DNA of 64,000 nucleotides from a virus: positions 52,569 through 116,568 of the IMG/VR virus record IMGVR_UViG_3300032770_000009. One strand, given 5' to 3'. The notes beneath the pieces are model-generated. The model was not told where the DNA came from. It did no database searches and worked only from the letters and a program-made list of their open reading frames with translations. This document shows, piece by piece, positions 9,557 through 20,156 of the stretch; within the stretch, counting starts at the first letter, position 1; each line of letters opens with the position of its first letter. The translations under genes were made by a program, and so were the position numbers.

Positions 9557-10191
9557 ATGACTGAAGAAATACAGCAAGCCTACCGTGATCTAGACGCGGC
9601 GCTCACACGTATCAAAAACACCAAGCCGGGAAAAACAACTAGCGGACTGGAAGCACTGTACGGCAACGCATACTCCAGACTAGTACGACTCGGTGAGCGG
9701 CCTAAACTAAGAGGAAAATACAGGATTCAGTAAATGGCTGAAGAAATGTTCAGCAGCGAAGAAATCCGTACAATAATGTATGAAGTTAACGCTCCAGGAA
9801 TGCTGAAAGTAAAAGACAGATACGGGATGCCGGTACTAATACCCGCCCAGTCAGTCACAGAAATATTCCCTAACTGGGAAGGTAAAATACACTACAAAAC
9901 AGCAGGCGGCTCATACTACACCGGCCCCTACAGGCATACCTACGAAATACGAAACGAACTGGAACGAGTAGCAACACTAATAGCTTAAGACTCCAGCAAG
10001 GAAAAACAATGACACTTAAACCAGGAAACAGAATAGGCATCCCCAAATGTACCTGTCAGTGGACAGACAGAGGCGACTACGAAGGGCAAGGCGGAAAAGG
10101 GCCAAAAGATTCTGATATGGAAAGAAGAGAGTGGATGGGCAAAACATACTATCGTCTGATAACTAGTCATGACTGCCCAGTACACAGTTAG
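9557..10191 (+). CDS. three small hypothetical genes (9557-9733, 9734-9988, 10009-10191)
   Basis: Consecutive plus-strand ORFs with abutting starts. Confidence 0.6.
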
Positions 10192-10390
10192 GAAAATTCA
10201 TGAAAATAAAACAGCGCTTCAGTGAACTGATGACGGTATTAATGGTCATAGGAGACCAGATTATGGGCTTGAGGCAGGATATAACAGAACTTAGGAAAGA
10301 GCTGGCGGAATACAACGGCAGAGAAGCTAAAGATATTACGATGCGCTGGGAGTAAACAGGCTCGCCGCCACCTAAATAGAAAGAAGGAAC

Positions 10391-10708
10391 ATGGAACAAC
10401 TAAAACCAGTAGTACAAACTAATGATGTAAATTTTGGATACAAGCTGAAAAGGCTGCTGGAACTAAACCCAGGTAAGCTAATCAGAAACACTAGTCTATC
10501 AACAGCGCTATCTTGTGCTACAAGTCAAATCACAGGAGCTATAACACATCTAAATAGAAGACTAGACACGGACGTGCATTTCGTAGCTCAGGAAATACCA
10601 GGAGCACCAAGAGGACTGTACTACTATGGCCCGAAAATTCAGCAGGATGAACTACTAAAGATGCTGGATACATATACAGGTGTAGATGACCTAGAGATTC
10701 CCTGGTAA
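10391..10708 (+). CDS. putative winged-helix DNA-binding protein
   Basis: LLELNPGKLIRNTSLSTALSCATSQITGAITHLNRR helix-turn-helix-like pattern followed by a beta wing (PRGLYYY). Confidence 0.55.
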   Translation: MEQLKPVVQTNDVNFGYKLKRLLELNPGKLIRNTSLSTALSCATSQITGAITHLNRRLDTDVHFVAQEIPGAPRGLYYYGPKIQQDELLKMLDTYTGVDDLEIPW

Positions 10709-10732
10709 TGTGCTACAACCAAATTTAAGCTA

Positions 10733-10775
10733 AAAACCAGCCGATTATCACTTATGGTAGTCGGTTTTGGTGTTT
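10733..10775 (+). terminator. terminator ending the plus-strand cassette
   Basis: ACCAGCCGATTATCA-loop-TGGTAGTCGGTTTTGGT hairpin then T-run. Confidence 0.55.
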
Positions 10776-11153
10776 CTAAGGCAAAAGCAAGTGTTTAACG
10801 TATGTAAAAATCAAACACTTTTCCTTCCACTGGCTACTGAGAGTGACAATGATAGTAGTCTGAATGTGCTACATATAATGCCATACCACCCTTATGTACT
10901 GTCTAACTGAGTCTAAAATCCCTGCGTCTCTAAAAATTTTACGACCCTATCTACTGTTTTACTGTAAAATTGCTAAAACATTCAACTCAGATCTGGTCTC
11001 CCCCACTCTCAGAAACGGACATTAAGGATGGGGGGGTACATAACGGACATTAACTGTAACGGGATGATAACGAAATGGATGTGTGACTTGACAATGCAAT
11101 ACTTGTATGAATGTGAATGTGTGCAGAGTATGTATGCATGTCTATGTCGTCAT

Positions 11154-11167
11154 GTTTCACGTGAAAC
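11154..11167. promoter_or_regulatory. parS: parS-like palindrome
   Basis: Perfect GTTTCACGTGAAAC, the actinobacterial parS consensus, in non-coding DNA. Confidence 0.75.
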
Positions 11168-11326
11168 TTGGAGGAAATTGCTGCCTGGCTATATTACGTG
11201 TGTATACGCATATATCTATGTTGTGTTAATCATACTCATGTTAGTTACTGGTTATATTTAAGGGTATTAATAATTCTAGTGGGCGGCGGCAGAGAGTAAC
11301 GGGTTATTGCTAAAAGTAACTCCCCT

Positions 11327-11432
11327 CTGTACGGGGCAGAGGGGAGGCTAGGAGCGGCTGAACTAGTGGGGGGTTGTCCGGGTACCTAGGGACTGGTCTA
11401 GATGGCTTAGCGTGTCTCTGCGGCCCATCCAA
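11327..11432. repeat. dispersed ~105-bp element, copy 2
   Basis: CTGTACGGGGCAGAG identical to 23318; right arm AGCGTGTCTCTGCGGCCCATCC at conserved spacing. Confidence 0.55.
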
Positions 11433-11571
11433 GGGGTAACAGGGACAGTGAAGCCCTTGCATATCCACCATGGGCAAAGCTGACGGAAAATGGCCTCCCC
11501 GCAAATGCATTTAGCGGCTTGCCAGTAACCAGCGGTAGAGACTGGCTTATTGGCGTTAACGTGAAAATGCA

Positions 11572-11883
11572 TTAGCTGATAACCAGCGCTGTGATTACGG
11601 AGATACCGGCCATGGCGAGGATAGAGAGAGTGATAGCCGTTTCGTCGTTAATAGTTGGGCGGGGAAAACTCAAGCTCCGGATAAAGCGACTGGCCTTATT
11701 GCGGAGCTTGATTAGCGGGGTAAACAGGTTATCGTCAGCCGTTACCTCTGCCATACGGTACGAATAAGGCATTCCGTCATAGATAACGGGTAGCAGTGTG
11801 GTTTCAGTAATCGATGCTTTACGCGGCATGGTCTTGGTGTGCTTAGGCGCGCGGGTGTTAACGGGCATAGTAGGAGCATGCAT
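11572..11883 (-). CDS. hypothetical protein with C-terminal hydrophobic helix
   Basis: AAGGA RBS before ATG 11883; ends LSILAMAGISVITALVIS. Confidence 0.5.
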   Translation of the reverse strand: MHAPTMPVNTRAPKHTKTMPRKASITETTLLPVIYDGMPYSYRMAEVTADDNLFTPLIKLRNKASRFIRSLSFPRPTINDETAITLSILAMAGISVITALVIS

Positions 11884-11901
11884 TTCCAGAGTCCTTAAAT
11901 G

Positions 11902-11929
11902 AAAAGAGGGGGGCATTTAGCCCCCCTCT
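11902..11929 (-). terminator. intrinsic terminator after lsr2-like gene
   Basis: AGAGGGGGGC-TAAAT-GCCCCCCTCT-TTT on the minus strand. Confidence 0.75.
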
Positions 11930-11940
11930 GCCGGATTTGG

Positions 11941-12531
11941 TTACTTGGCTTCGGTAGCGGGGATAACAGCACGCTCGCCAGCGTTGAATTTATCCGGGGT
12001 AATGCCGGTAGCGGTTTGGAACTTGATAACCACATCCTGAGACATCTTGCCCTGGTTGCCGATGGGGTTGCCGTTAGCACCCTTCCAGCCCATCGCAGAC
12101 GCATAGGCGCGTACATGCTTCGTGTATGCGTTGCCCTTACCGGAGTTAGCGTTGGAATTGGCTTGAGGCTTCGGACGCGCGCCTAGGAGTGAGAGAAGTT
12201 CAGCGACCGGGCCGCCACGAAGGAAAGACCAAAGTGCGGTGATGGTGGCGAGCGGAACCGAGGAAAGCGACGCGATGACGAAAAACAGGTTGCGGTGATC
12301 GTTGTCCATAAAGAACGACTCAAGTGCAGTGAACGTGTCATTGTGCATGTCCACGTCCTTCGTGAACGCGGTGGCGAATATCTCTCCGTTAGCGTCGATA
12401 CGGGAGACAGTTACGCGGTAGGAGTTAACGTCAATCCATTCGCCGAGGTCATCGGTAACGCCACTGTAAACCTTCCCGGTGATGTCATCGGTAACGGTGA
12501 TGGACTCGATAACCTTAACCGTGCGTGCCAT
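11941..12531 (-). CDS. lsr2: Lsr2-like nucleoid-associated protein
   Basis: N-terminal MARTVKV...VTDDITG and C-terminal HVRAYASAMGW...IGNQGKMSQDVVIKF mirror the Lsr2 oligomerisation and DNA-binding domains. Confidence 0.7.
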   Translation of the reverse strand: MARTVKVIESITVTDDITGKVYSGVTDDLGEWIDVNSYRVTVSRIDANGEIFATAFTKDVDMHNDTFTALESFFMDNDHRNLFFVIASLSSVPLATITALWSFLRGGPVAELLSLLGARPKPQANSNANSGKGNAYTKHVRAYASAMGWKGANGNPIGNQGKMSQDVVIKFQTATGITPDKFNAGERAVIPATEAK

Positions 12532-12581
12532 TTTCGTTTCCTCTTTCTGAGTTGGTTTTGCGGTGTTTGCGGGTGGCTGGT

Positions 12582-13299
12582 TTAAATGGAATCGGCGAGG
12601 ATATGGTTAGTGCCCCATCGGTAACAGTTGACAAGAGCCATTTTGCCGACGAAAACAGGCCCCTCTGTAACCGTCTCGAATACGCACTTGGTGAGCGTTT
12701 CAGCCTTGATTTCCCTGATCTGATAGAAGCCCTGAGAATCACGGATGATGTCCCCCACCTTGAAGTCAGTGGGACGCGCACCGTATACGCGCCAAAACCC
12801 CATGGTGCCAGGCTGTATACATTCCTGCTCCAAAAGGGCATCTATGTCCGTTCGGATGATCATTCTGTCTCACTCCGTTTCGTTTCGATCGGGCCTTACG
12901 GCAGTAAGCCTAGTCGGTTTCAGGGGTCGAAACCAAACTTTTGAGGGTTTTGATGGTCACAGGTTGATAACGCTTCTGAGGCTAGAAACGTGACGCCGTT
13001 ATAGCTTTAGCCATGGCATCGCCGAAAACGGAGCCGTCCGTCTTATTGCGAAACAGAGTTGAGAAGTAAGAGCCGTTATCCCACTCATACAGTCCACGTG
13101 CAACCGTGTGCTCCCATATACGCCCGACCACGTATTCGTGCTTTCTGGGGTCGTAACCCACGAATACAACATACTCCAGCATCGAGTTACTGAATGGCGG
13201 GACCACGGTCACACTCTCGGAATACTGCGGAATCAGCGTAACCAAGTTATAGCCGTTAATCGTCTGCCGTGCGAGTATAGAGCTAATCCATTCCTGCAT
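12582..13299 (-). CDS. two hypothetical genes (12582-12863, 12982-13299)
   Basis: Minus-strand ORFs colinear with neighbours. Confidence 0.55.
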
Positions 13300-13360
13300 T
13301 TCGAGTGCCTTTCACGTGATGTTCGTTTTGGAGAGAGTTAATTTTAGGTTTACTCTGGAA

Positions 13361-13392
13361 TTAAGGGGGAGGATAAATATCCTCCCCCTTAA
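13361..13392. terminator. terminator hairpin after helicase
   Basis: TTAAGGGGGAGGATA-AA-TATCCTCCCCCTTAA. Confidence 0.7.
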
Positions 13393-13395
13393 TCG

Positions 13396-14856
13396 TTAAG
13401 CAGCTACGTCAGTAAGCCAGTCGGACGCCTCTCCTAGACCGATACCGTACTTTGCACGGGTAATAGCAGTGTAAAGCAGCATTGCGAATTCGGGGGAAAT
13501 AGCATCCTCCAAATCCACATCTTTATCTTCAGCGGGGTTTTTGAATCCCACTAGCTGAACATAATCGAATTCTTGGCCCTTGGTGCGGTGTGCAGTAGTA
13601 ATCTTTACATCTGCGTTTTCGTTTGTTACCTTGGAAAGCAGGTCTAGAATGCTTTGCGGCCCGTGTTCATCGATTAGCTTAACGCTAATCGCGTAATCTT
13701 CCCCCTCTGGATCTTCTTTAACCCACGTCTTGAATTGACCCCACGATGTGATACCAGCGAAATCAGGATTAGTGGGAATCATACCAGCCATCAGTTGACC
13801 GGATGTTTCCGCTAGGCTTTTCAGTTCTTCTACCTGATTTTCAGGCATAGAAACGGAGCGGCCTTTTTCTAGCTCCGAAATAGCACGCGCTAGAACATCG
13901 CTGTTAGTACGGCAGAGAATAGCCGTAGGGTTATCGATTGTCCTACGGATTTCGGAGGTAATAGCAGGATTGCCGATAATTGGGCTGACATTCTTACCGC
14001 TGAACGGCTGTAGGACATTTGCCAGCTCTGCGATTTCCTGACCGAAACGATAAGTTTGGTCAAGAGAAAGATAAAGAGCGTTTCTCAGGAATTCGGCGAA
14101 CATGGCGTCTTTTGCACCAGTCCAGCCGTTTATTTCCTGGCACGGGTCTCCGATTAGTGCGATTGGTACCGTTTGCACACGAAGCCAGTATTCAAGTACC
14201 TTGAAAAGGTCTTGCCCTTCATCTACCACGCCACGCTTTGTGGTTTTAGCCATTTTCCGCCACGAAAACAGCTTAATGCAGTAGTTGAGAATGAAATTAA
14301 GCTGGCCGTTGTATGACTTAATGTCATCCCATGCTTTAGGCAGATAGTCATTAAGCTCACTACGGAGCACTTTCATATCGGTTGGCGTGTAACCACGAAT
14401 GCCCTGAATATTCCATGGGCCGATATCACGGGAGTCTGAAAGTGCGTATTGCCTAAGCGCACGGGTAATGATTCGTGCCTGGGCAGTACGTGAAACGAAA
14501 TTGCCGGACTCAGGCAGTTCGATTTCGGAATTGATTCCCAGATATGATGCCATCCTTTCAGAAGACATACCGTAGCGGTTATTAAGACGTGCTTCGTATT
14601 TCCCGCTGGACAGACCACGAAAATAGCCGTGGAAAGTAGAAACAGAGTTGCCCGTAAGGATTTCCTTAGCTTCCCCTACGATTGCCTTGTTAAAGGCAAA
14701 GTATTTGTATTCGGTACCGCCACCTTGGAAAGCGTTGGCGATAACACCTTTAGTCTTACCAGTGCCAGGACCAGCCTTTATAACCACGTGCTTAATCGAC
14801 GGGTCTTTAAGGGCATTTACCGCATCCTGCTGCTGAGCATTTGGCTTGTGTGCCAT
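13396..14856 (-). CDS. UvrD/Rep-like superfamily 1 helicase
   Basis: AGPGTGKT, VVDEGQD, GDPCQEINGW, QTYRFG, TAHRTKGQEFD, LYTAITRAK. Confidence 0.93.
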   Translation of the reverse strand: MAHKPNAQQQDAVNALKDPSIKHVVIKAGPGTGKTKGVIANAFQGGGTEYKYFAFNKAIVGEAKEILTGNSVSTFHGYFRGLSSGKYEARLNNRYGMSSERMASYLGINSEIELPESGNFVSRTAQARIITRALRQYALSDSRDIGPWNIQGIRGYTPTDMKVLRSELNDYLPKAWDDIKSYNGQLNFILNYCIKLFSWRKMAKTTKRGVVDEGQDLFKVLEYWLRVQTVPIALIGDPCQEINGWTGAKDAMFAEFLRNALYLSLDQTYRFGQEIAELANVLQPFSGKNVSPIIGNPAITSEIRRTIDNPTAILCRTNSDVLARAISELEKGRSVSMPENQVEELKSLAETSGQLMAGMIPTNPDFAGITSWGQFKTWVKEDPEGEDYAISVKLIDEHGPQSILDLLSKVTNENADVKITTAHRTKGQEFDYVQLVGFKNPAEDKDVDLEDAISPEFAMLLYTAITRAKYGIGLGEASDWLTDVAA

Positions 14857-15006
14857 TTTCTTATTCCCTCTCCGTTAAGGATTTAGCGGGCTGGTTTTTG
14901 ACTGTAAAGCCATACTATGACAATAAAGGGAGTGGCAGACGCCACTCCCTTGTATCGTGACCATCTTGTGACTAAGTTGTGATCTTTGGGACTGATAACA
15001 GCATGA

Positions 15007-16623
15007 TCAGTGAGTGACAGTCACTCTGTGATACGTAACGGCTACCCGGAAAGTATGCGGCTCACTCTCTGACTTACGAGCATTTGGGATAATGGAAATG
15101 CTTTTATGAGCATTTCCAACGCGCCATATCCCGTATTTGATTGCTTTGTCCAGTATTTCAGTGATACCCGTTTCGTAATCACCGTAGTAACATGCGGCTA
15201 TCCAAAAGCGTGTCCGGTTGTATGAAACATTGCGCAAGATAACACGCTTTTGCGGGAAAACGCGTCGCATGACTATCCCTTAATGATGTAAGTACCGCAG
15301 ATAACCATGTATTCGCCATCGATATCTGTCAGGTTAAACAAGATACCAAATCCGAACGACTGAGATACGTACCACCATTTGTTATCGTGAGGAAACGTTC
15401 CCTCAGTGTCGTTAAGATCGTAGTATTCCCCTTTGTACTTAACGAACGATACGGACTCCCGACCGTGCATAACAGCAATCCAGTCGATATAATCGAAATC
15501 ATGCTGAGCGTATTCAGGAATCCAGCTAAGGATCTCGCGCGGCTGGTGATTAGTGGTAATAATAACTGGCACTTAATTACCCTTTTATCGTGAGATGTCT
15601 GTTTCGGAAATGTAGGAAGGTGTGGAGATAACGCGAAGTGTTTCAATTCGCGTAACATGCATTCCCTTGTCAGTGAAGTATTTTTTAGCATCTTCGATTG
15701 ACAAGGCATTGACAGCTAGCGAATGGTGTTCACCTGTCGCATCTGTGCATTCCCCATGGCCCGTAGCGGGACAGTAATTAGTTTGCTTGTTATGAGGATT
15801 ATGGAACGGGTTCTTTGGAGTTTTTATTGTCACTATGAACGATTGCATTTAACTACCTCCCCTTTGAAATCTTAACTCCGTAGGCCCAGTAAGAGATTTC
15901 CGGAGTGAAAGGCTCATGGCATCTGTCACACATCCACGACAGGAATGTACCCATAGAGAAATGCCCTTTAACGCGGCAGGTAACATGCTTGTGAAAGAAT
16001 CTCATTTAATTACCTCCGTAAAGATCTTCTGGGCTAACATAAGCAGGAGTTAGAATCGCTGCCATTTTGTCACGCCACGTTTCCGGCAGAACATAATGAG
16101 GATTAGCAGGAGCATTTAGAATAGCTTCTACTCTGGCTTTCCTTGCCGTTTCTTCTGCATCTTCCATCTGATTTGCCATACCTAGACCCTACCACAGCTA
16201 CAGGGCAGACGCAACAGGTAGATTACCTGCTCTTATAGACAGATATCTATAAGCTAGAGGCGTGTCTTGTAATCTGTAACCTGACTGGCTCTACTGAACC
16301 TTTAGCGATTAGCACGTCATAAAGGTTACGGCCGCAATCACATTTGGATGTGAAACCGAATCCGGCAACGGTATGCATTTTACCGCAAAAGCATCTGAAA
16401 AATCCTCTGATGATCATTATTCTCCACTAAAATAAGGAGCCAGAATCTTTTCAAGCGCATTATGCGCTTGTTCCTGAATTTCTATTGCCTGATCTTCAGT
16501 CCAAGGTATAACTATTCCATAGTTCACTGATATTTTCAGGGCACGGTCGTTAACCGTAGTATGATAAATAGCTCCAGGAGTCTTGCATTCTTCTGATGCC
16601 TTATACCTGTCTTCCATTTCCAT
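15007..16623 (-). CDS. cluster of small hypothetical genes (15007-15270, 15273-15572, 15585-15848, 16417-16623 and shorter ORFs)
   Basis: Closely packed minus-strand ORFs with RBS-like motifs. Confidence 0.55.
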
Positions 16624-16962
16624 GTTTGTTTCCTATACAGTCGATAGTTACTTGTTTTTAATGAGATTTGAGGCAGTTACGGATGCCAGCCGTAATACTA
16701 ACCGAGCCAGTGAGCAAAACTTGGGCTGATAATTGCCCCGATAATACAGGCAACTATAATAACCAGCCAGAAAAGGCCCCAGCCGTTACGGTCTAGGTAT
16801 TCCCAGATATTCACTCTGATGTCTCCATAGCGATTGTATTAGCGTTTTCCTCTGATGCACCTTGGAATCTAGCTTCAAGGTATTTCTCTGCGCTCATGCC
16901 CTTAACGGTATTGTCGTTATAATACCGCAGTTGGTAAAGGGCGCTGGCATCTGTCCAGTACA

Positions 16963-17685
16963 CTACTCTAGTGCCCTTCTAGTTGTGCTTACCTGGTTTC
17001 TGCTGTAAAGATCAGCATTAAGTCCGTCTGATTTACCGTCACTGTAACCGGCATAATCCGTAACCGGCCTTCTGACAAACTTGACGTGTGGGTATTTCTC
17101 CCGCATAAGTTTATCTACTTCTGAGCGCATATCACGGAGAACTAGAGCAGTACCCGCTTGCTTGTTTTCTGCTTCTGTTTCCGCTTGCTGAGTAGCGGCT
17201 TTAAGTTGTTCGTTAATCCCAGACGCGAAACCACCCCAGTAAGATGTCTGGTATTTCTTGCTTGTGTTTCCCTGCTTACGTCGGCGAGCAGAACCAAGCT
17301 CGCCGACCACTACAGCAGAAATATACAGCGTTTGAGTTGCTTCGATTTCATTCTCGAAACCGAAAACATCGCATTCTGCTACTCCGTCGTTTTTAGCTGC
17401 ACTTTTTCCTCTACCAGTAATTACCTGGCATCCGAAAGAGCGTGCTATTACAGCCAGAAGAGTTATCTTCTGAGTAACAAACGGCGGGACGATATAGAAT
17501 TGCCTGACATCGGGCGCTAGCTTAACCTGCGCTTTGAGGGAAAGCAGTTTAGCGTCGATATTGTAAGTGTGCATGATCTCTGCGGCTTTTTGCAGACACC
17601 ATTCCGCTTCTGATTCCGGTGTGTCTTCCCTTTGTGCGCGGGCCAGTAGCTTTTCTACTCTGTCCGCGTGGTCAGTGACTGGCAT
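16963..17685 (-). CDS. DUF2786 domain protein
   Basis: RVEKLLARAQ...TPESEAEWCLQKAAEIMHTYNID N-terminus; YWGGFASGI and GYSDG..DG C-terminal motifs. Confidence 0.8.
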   Translation of the reverse strand: MPVTDHADRVEKLLARAQREDTPESEAEWCLQKAAEIMHTYNIDAKLLSLKAQVKLAPDVRQFYIVPPFVTQKITLLAVIARSFGCQVITGRGKSAAKNDGVAECDVFGFENEIEATQTLYISAVVVGELGSARRRKQGNTSKKYQTSYWGGFASGINEQLKAATQQAETEAENKQAGTALVLRDMRSEVDKLMREKYPHVKFVRRPVTDYAGYSDGKSDGLNADLYSRNQVSTTRRALE

Positions 17686-17933
17686 TTAATCCAACTCCAC
17701 TAGCATAGTCAGCAGTTCATTTTCACGTATGAAAATAGTTTCTCCGCGCATAGCTGCCTGAGTTGTGTTAACTGCTGCTATTTCCTCTGTGCGTATTTCC
17801 GCAGATTTGGTGTTAAGGAAAGTAGCGGTGTAAAGCCTCTTCATCTAATCCTCCGTTCCACCTAAAACTTACCACCACCTACGTAGCCAAGTCAAGTCAC
17901 AACTTGATAACGCAGATGATAGTAAATCTTGGT

Positions 17934-18751
17934 TTAACGGGTAAGACTCTCTATAAGAGTTGATGATTCTAGAGCATACATCCTAACCCTGAAACGAACA
18001 TCATCACCAGCACGTGTATTTACATGAGTACCGCAAGTGACATCTAGCTTCACAATAATCTGGCCGTTTCCGTTATACTGCGAAACGATTTCCACGATTG
18101 AGTTGTCACCAGCCGTATGACTGCACCTGAAACCGTCTCGGGTAATACGATTGCATCGCAGATTCGACGGATCGATGGTGATGTCATTTACCCTGAGAAG
18201 CATTTGTTATCCCTAAAAGTAGTTAACTTGGATATTGTTATTGCCTACCTGATGGCCTTTTCTAGGCACGTTGACAGTAACGTCGGTAATATGCAGAGCT
18301 GTACCGTCGTACCTGCTGATTATCGATTCTTTTACAGAAGTCAGCATGCCTATATCCATCGGCTGGACATCAGCAGTTATAATGATCTGAATCTGTTCCA
18401 TTTTGTTTAACCTTAACCTCTCCTATTTCGTAAACGTTCGGGTCGCGGTCTGGGAAGACGGAGATCCTAAACTCTTCGTCTTCGTTTTTAAGGATGTAAG
18501 GTGCGTTAATTCTCGGCTGCCTGAAATACTGCACCACAGACATAGCGTGATAATCAGTCTTGCCCATGTAAACCGTGATGAAGATAATCAGTTCTTTAAG
18601 ATTCAGTTTCACTCTCTGCTACTTCTACGGATTTAACATGCAAAGCCGTGCCGTCGAACCTGTCTAGGATGGCAGACTTTACAAGTCCTTTGATTACGGG
18701 TTTGTCATGTGGAGTGACTTCCGCTGTGATCGTTATTATTATCTTTTCCAC
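17934..18751 (-). CDS. small hypothetical genes (17934-18203, 18213-18401, 18370-18612, 18596-18751)
   Basis: Coupled ORFs; 18213 and 18596 are paralogs (ITA.V.P.D...R[YF]DGTALH). Confidence 0.6.
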
Positions 18752-18753
18752 GT

Positions 18754-18832
18754 TGTCTAGTCAGGATTCGAACCTGAATTGTGGTAGCTAACCACTGAGC
18801 CATGCTGTAATTCTTTCATACAGCCCTAGACA
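18754..18832 (-). ncRNA. non-canonical tRNA-like RNA
   Basis: 7-bp acceptor TGTCTAG/CTAGACA, T arm TCAGG-TTCGAAT-CCTGA, two atypical internal hairpins. Confidence 0.55.
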
Positions 18833-18879
18833 CCAGGTAGTTTATTCAAAGGTAACTACTCCCCTGAAAACCCTTTAAA

Positions 18880-19461
18880 TCACTCGCTGTCGGTTACGGA
18901 ATCAGTGTCTTCCGTCTGGCCGCGAGTAAGAAGAACATTGTAAACCATCTTCTTACCCTTGTTCTCTGATGTCTTCTTAGGGTCATAACCGACCGGGGAA
19001 ACCGCGTGCTTAACCCAACTAGCCTTAACCGGGATTTCAGTGATGTTCTTGGCCCTAAGCCACGTGTTAACGCGGTTCTTAAGGTTAACGAAATCCTCAT
19101 GCATAACCCAGGTAACATAACCGAATTCTGCACCCGCCTCTTCACCTTCCGGCCCGGTGATCTTGGTGAGGCATTCGGTAAGGTTGTTTGCGTCACGCTC
19201 AGAAAGAGGCTTAGCCTTGCCCTTTCCAGCGCTGTTGAATGCCTTGGTAGCCTTGGTGATCGTGGCGTTCGGGTCGTATACCGTGCCAGCGAAAAGCGTC
19301 TTGATGTCGTCAGGCATATCACCGGGAACCGAAGGACCACCCGTGTTGTTCGCGTTAAGGGTTTCCTGGTCGGTGTTGTCGGTAACGATTGGCGTTTCGT
19401 TCTGCTCGGCAAGCTTGGCAGCAGAAGCAGCAGCAGCACGCTCACGGGATGCAGTGGGCAT
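18880..19461 (-). CDS. hypothetical protein with dedicated promoter
   Basis: AAGGA RBS; promoter TTGACA(19635)-N17-TAGATT(19612) upstream. Confidence 0.75.
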   Translation of the reverse strand: MPTASRERAAAASAAKLAEQNETPIVTDNTDQETLNANNTGGPSVPGDMPDDIKTLFAGTVYDPNATITKATKAFNSAGKGKAKPLSERDANNLTECLTKITGPEGEEAGAEFGYVTWVMHEDFVNLKNRVNTWLRAKNITEIPVKASWVKHAVSPVGYDPKKTSENKGKKMVYNVLLTRGQTEDTDSVTDSE

Positions 19462-19606
19462 TTTCTTTTTCCTTTTCTTGTTTGGCCGTCTTGGCTAAAG
19501 CCTACTTGGTGTTGCCTTGTCTGTCAACTCCGGATCTTGGATCACAACGCTTGGTGCTCTACGGCTACTCAGTGGCTTGTGTCCGTGTTCCTTGCTGACA
19601 GTCGTA

Positions 19607-19635
19607 AATCTATATCCTTGCAAGCTTCCTGTCAA
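19607..19635 (-). promoter_or_regulatory. sigma70-type promoter
   Basis: TTGACA-N17-TAGATT; predicted transcript begins GTCAG. Confidence 0.7.
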
Positions 19636-19868
19636 CCGATCTAGGTCACAGGATGGTAACGACTGATATGTCCGATTTGTACTAGTTTATGCAACCATGT
19701 TTACAGCAAGAATAAACGCTGGTATTGCGAATACATAAAAACTAGCGAGAGCCAGTAGTATAAGTGTGTCTCTTTTCTTAAGACAAGCGAATATGAGAGC
19801 GGTTGTCATAGACGCAACCGCCAGTGAATCTAGTGCGAGTAGTACATATGGCATGATTATCCTTAAAT

Positions 19869-19900
19869 GAATATAGCCAGCCCTAGGGCTGGCTATATTC
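19869..19900. terminator. terminator hairpin
   Basis: GAATATAGCCAGCC-CTAG-GGCTGGCTATATTC perfect inverted repeat. Confidence 0.65.
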
Positions 19901-20156
19901 TAGTAACCGTTGTTATGCCAGTCTTTACGCCATATCCTTTTTTCTCTAGCACGTTGTGCTGATTTGTGTAGTTTAACGTAAATATTAGGCATACCATCAT
20001 GGCTAGGGCAGCAGTACCACAGCCAACGGTGGTTTTTCATTGATGCTTTTCCCAGCATATTGGCCAAAAATTACTCCATTATGACGTGAGTAGTTTCGCA
20101 TTCCTCGCAGAAATAGGTAGTTTCTTCGTCTTCCATGTTACACCTTGCCTATTGTA

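Noticed and set aside
4665-10860. AATGATAGTAGTC occurring at 4665 and 10848 as a possible late promoter
   Set aside because: There are only two copies, and repeated 13-mers are expected by chance in 64 kb.
13309-13322. Second parS-like sequence (TTTCACGTGAT)
   Set aside because: Only the core matches; the right arm is broken.
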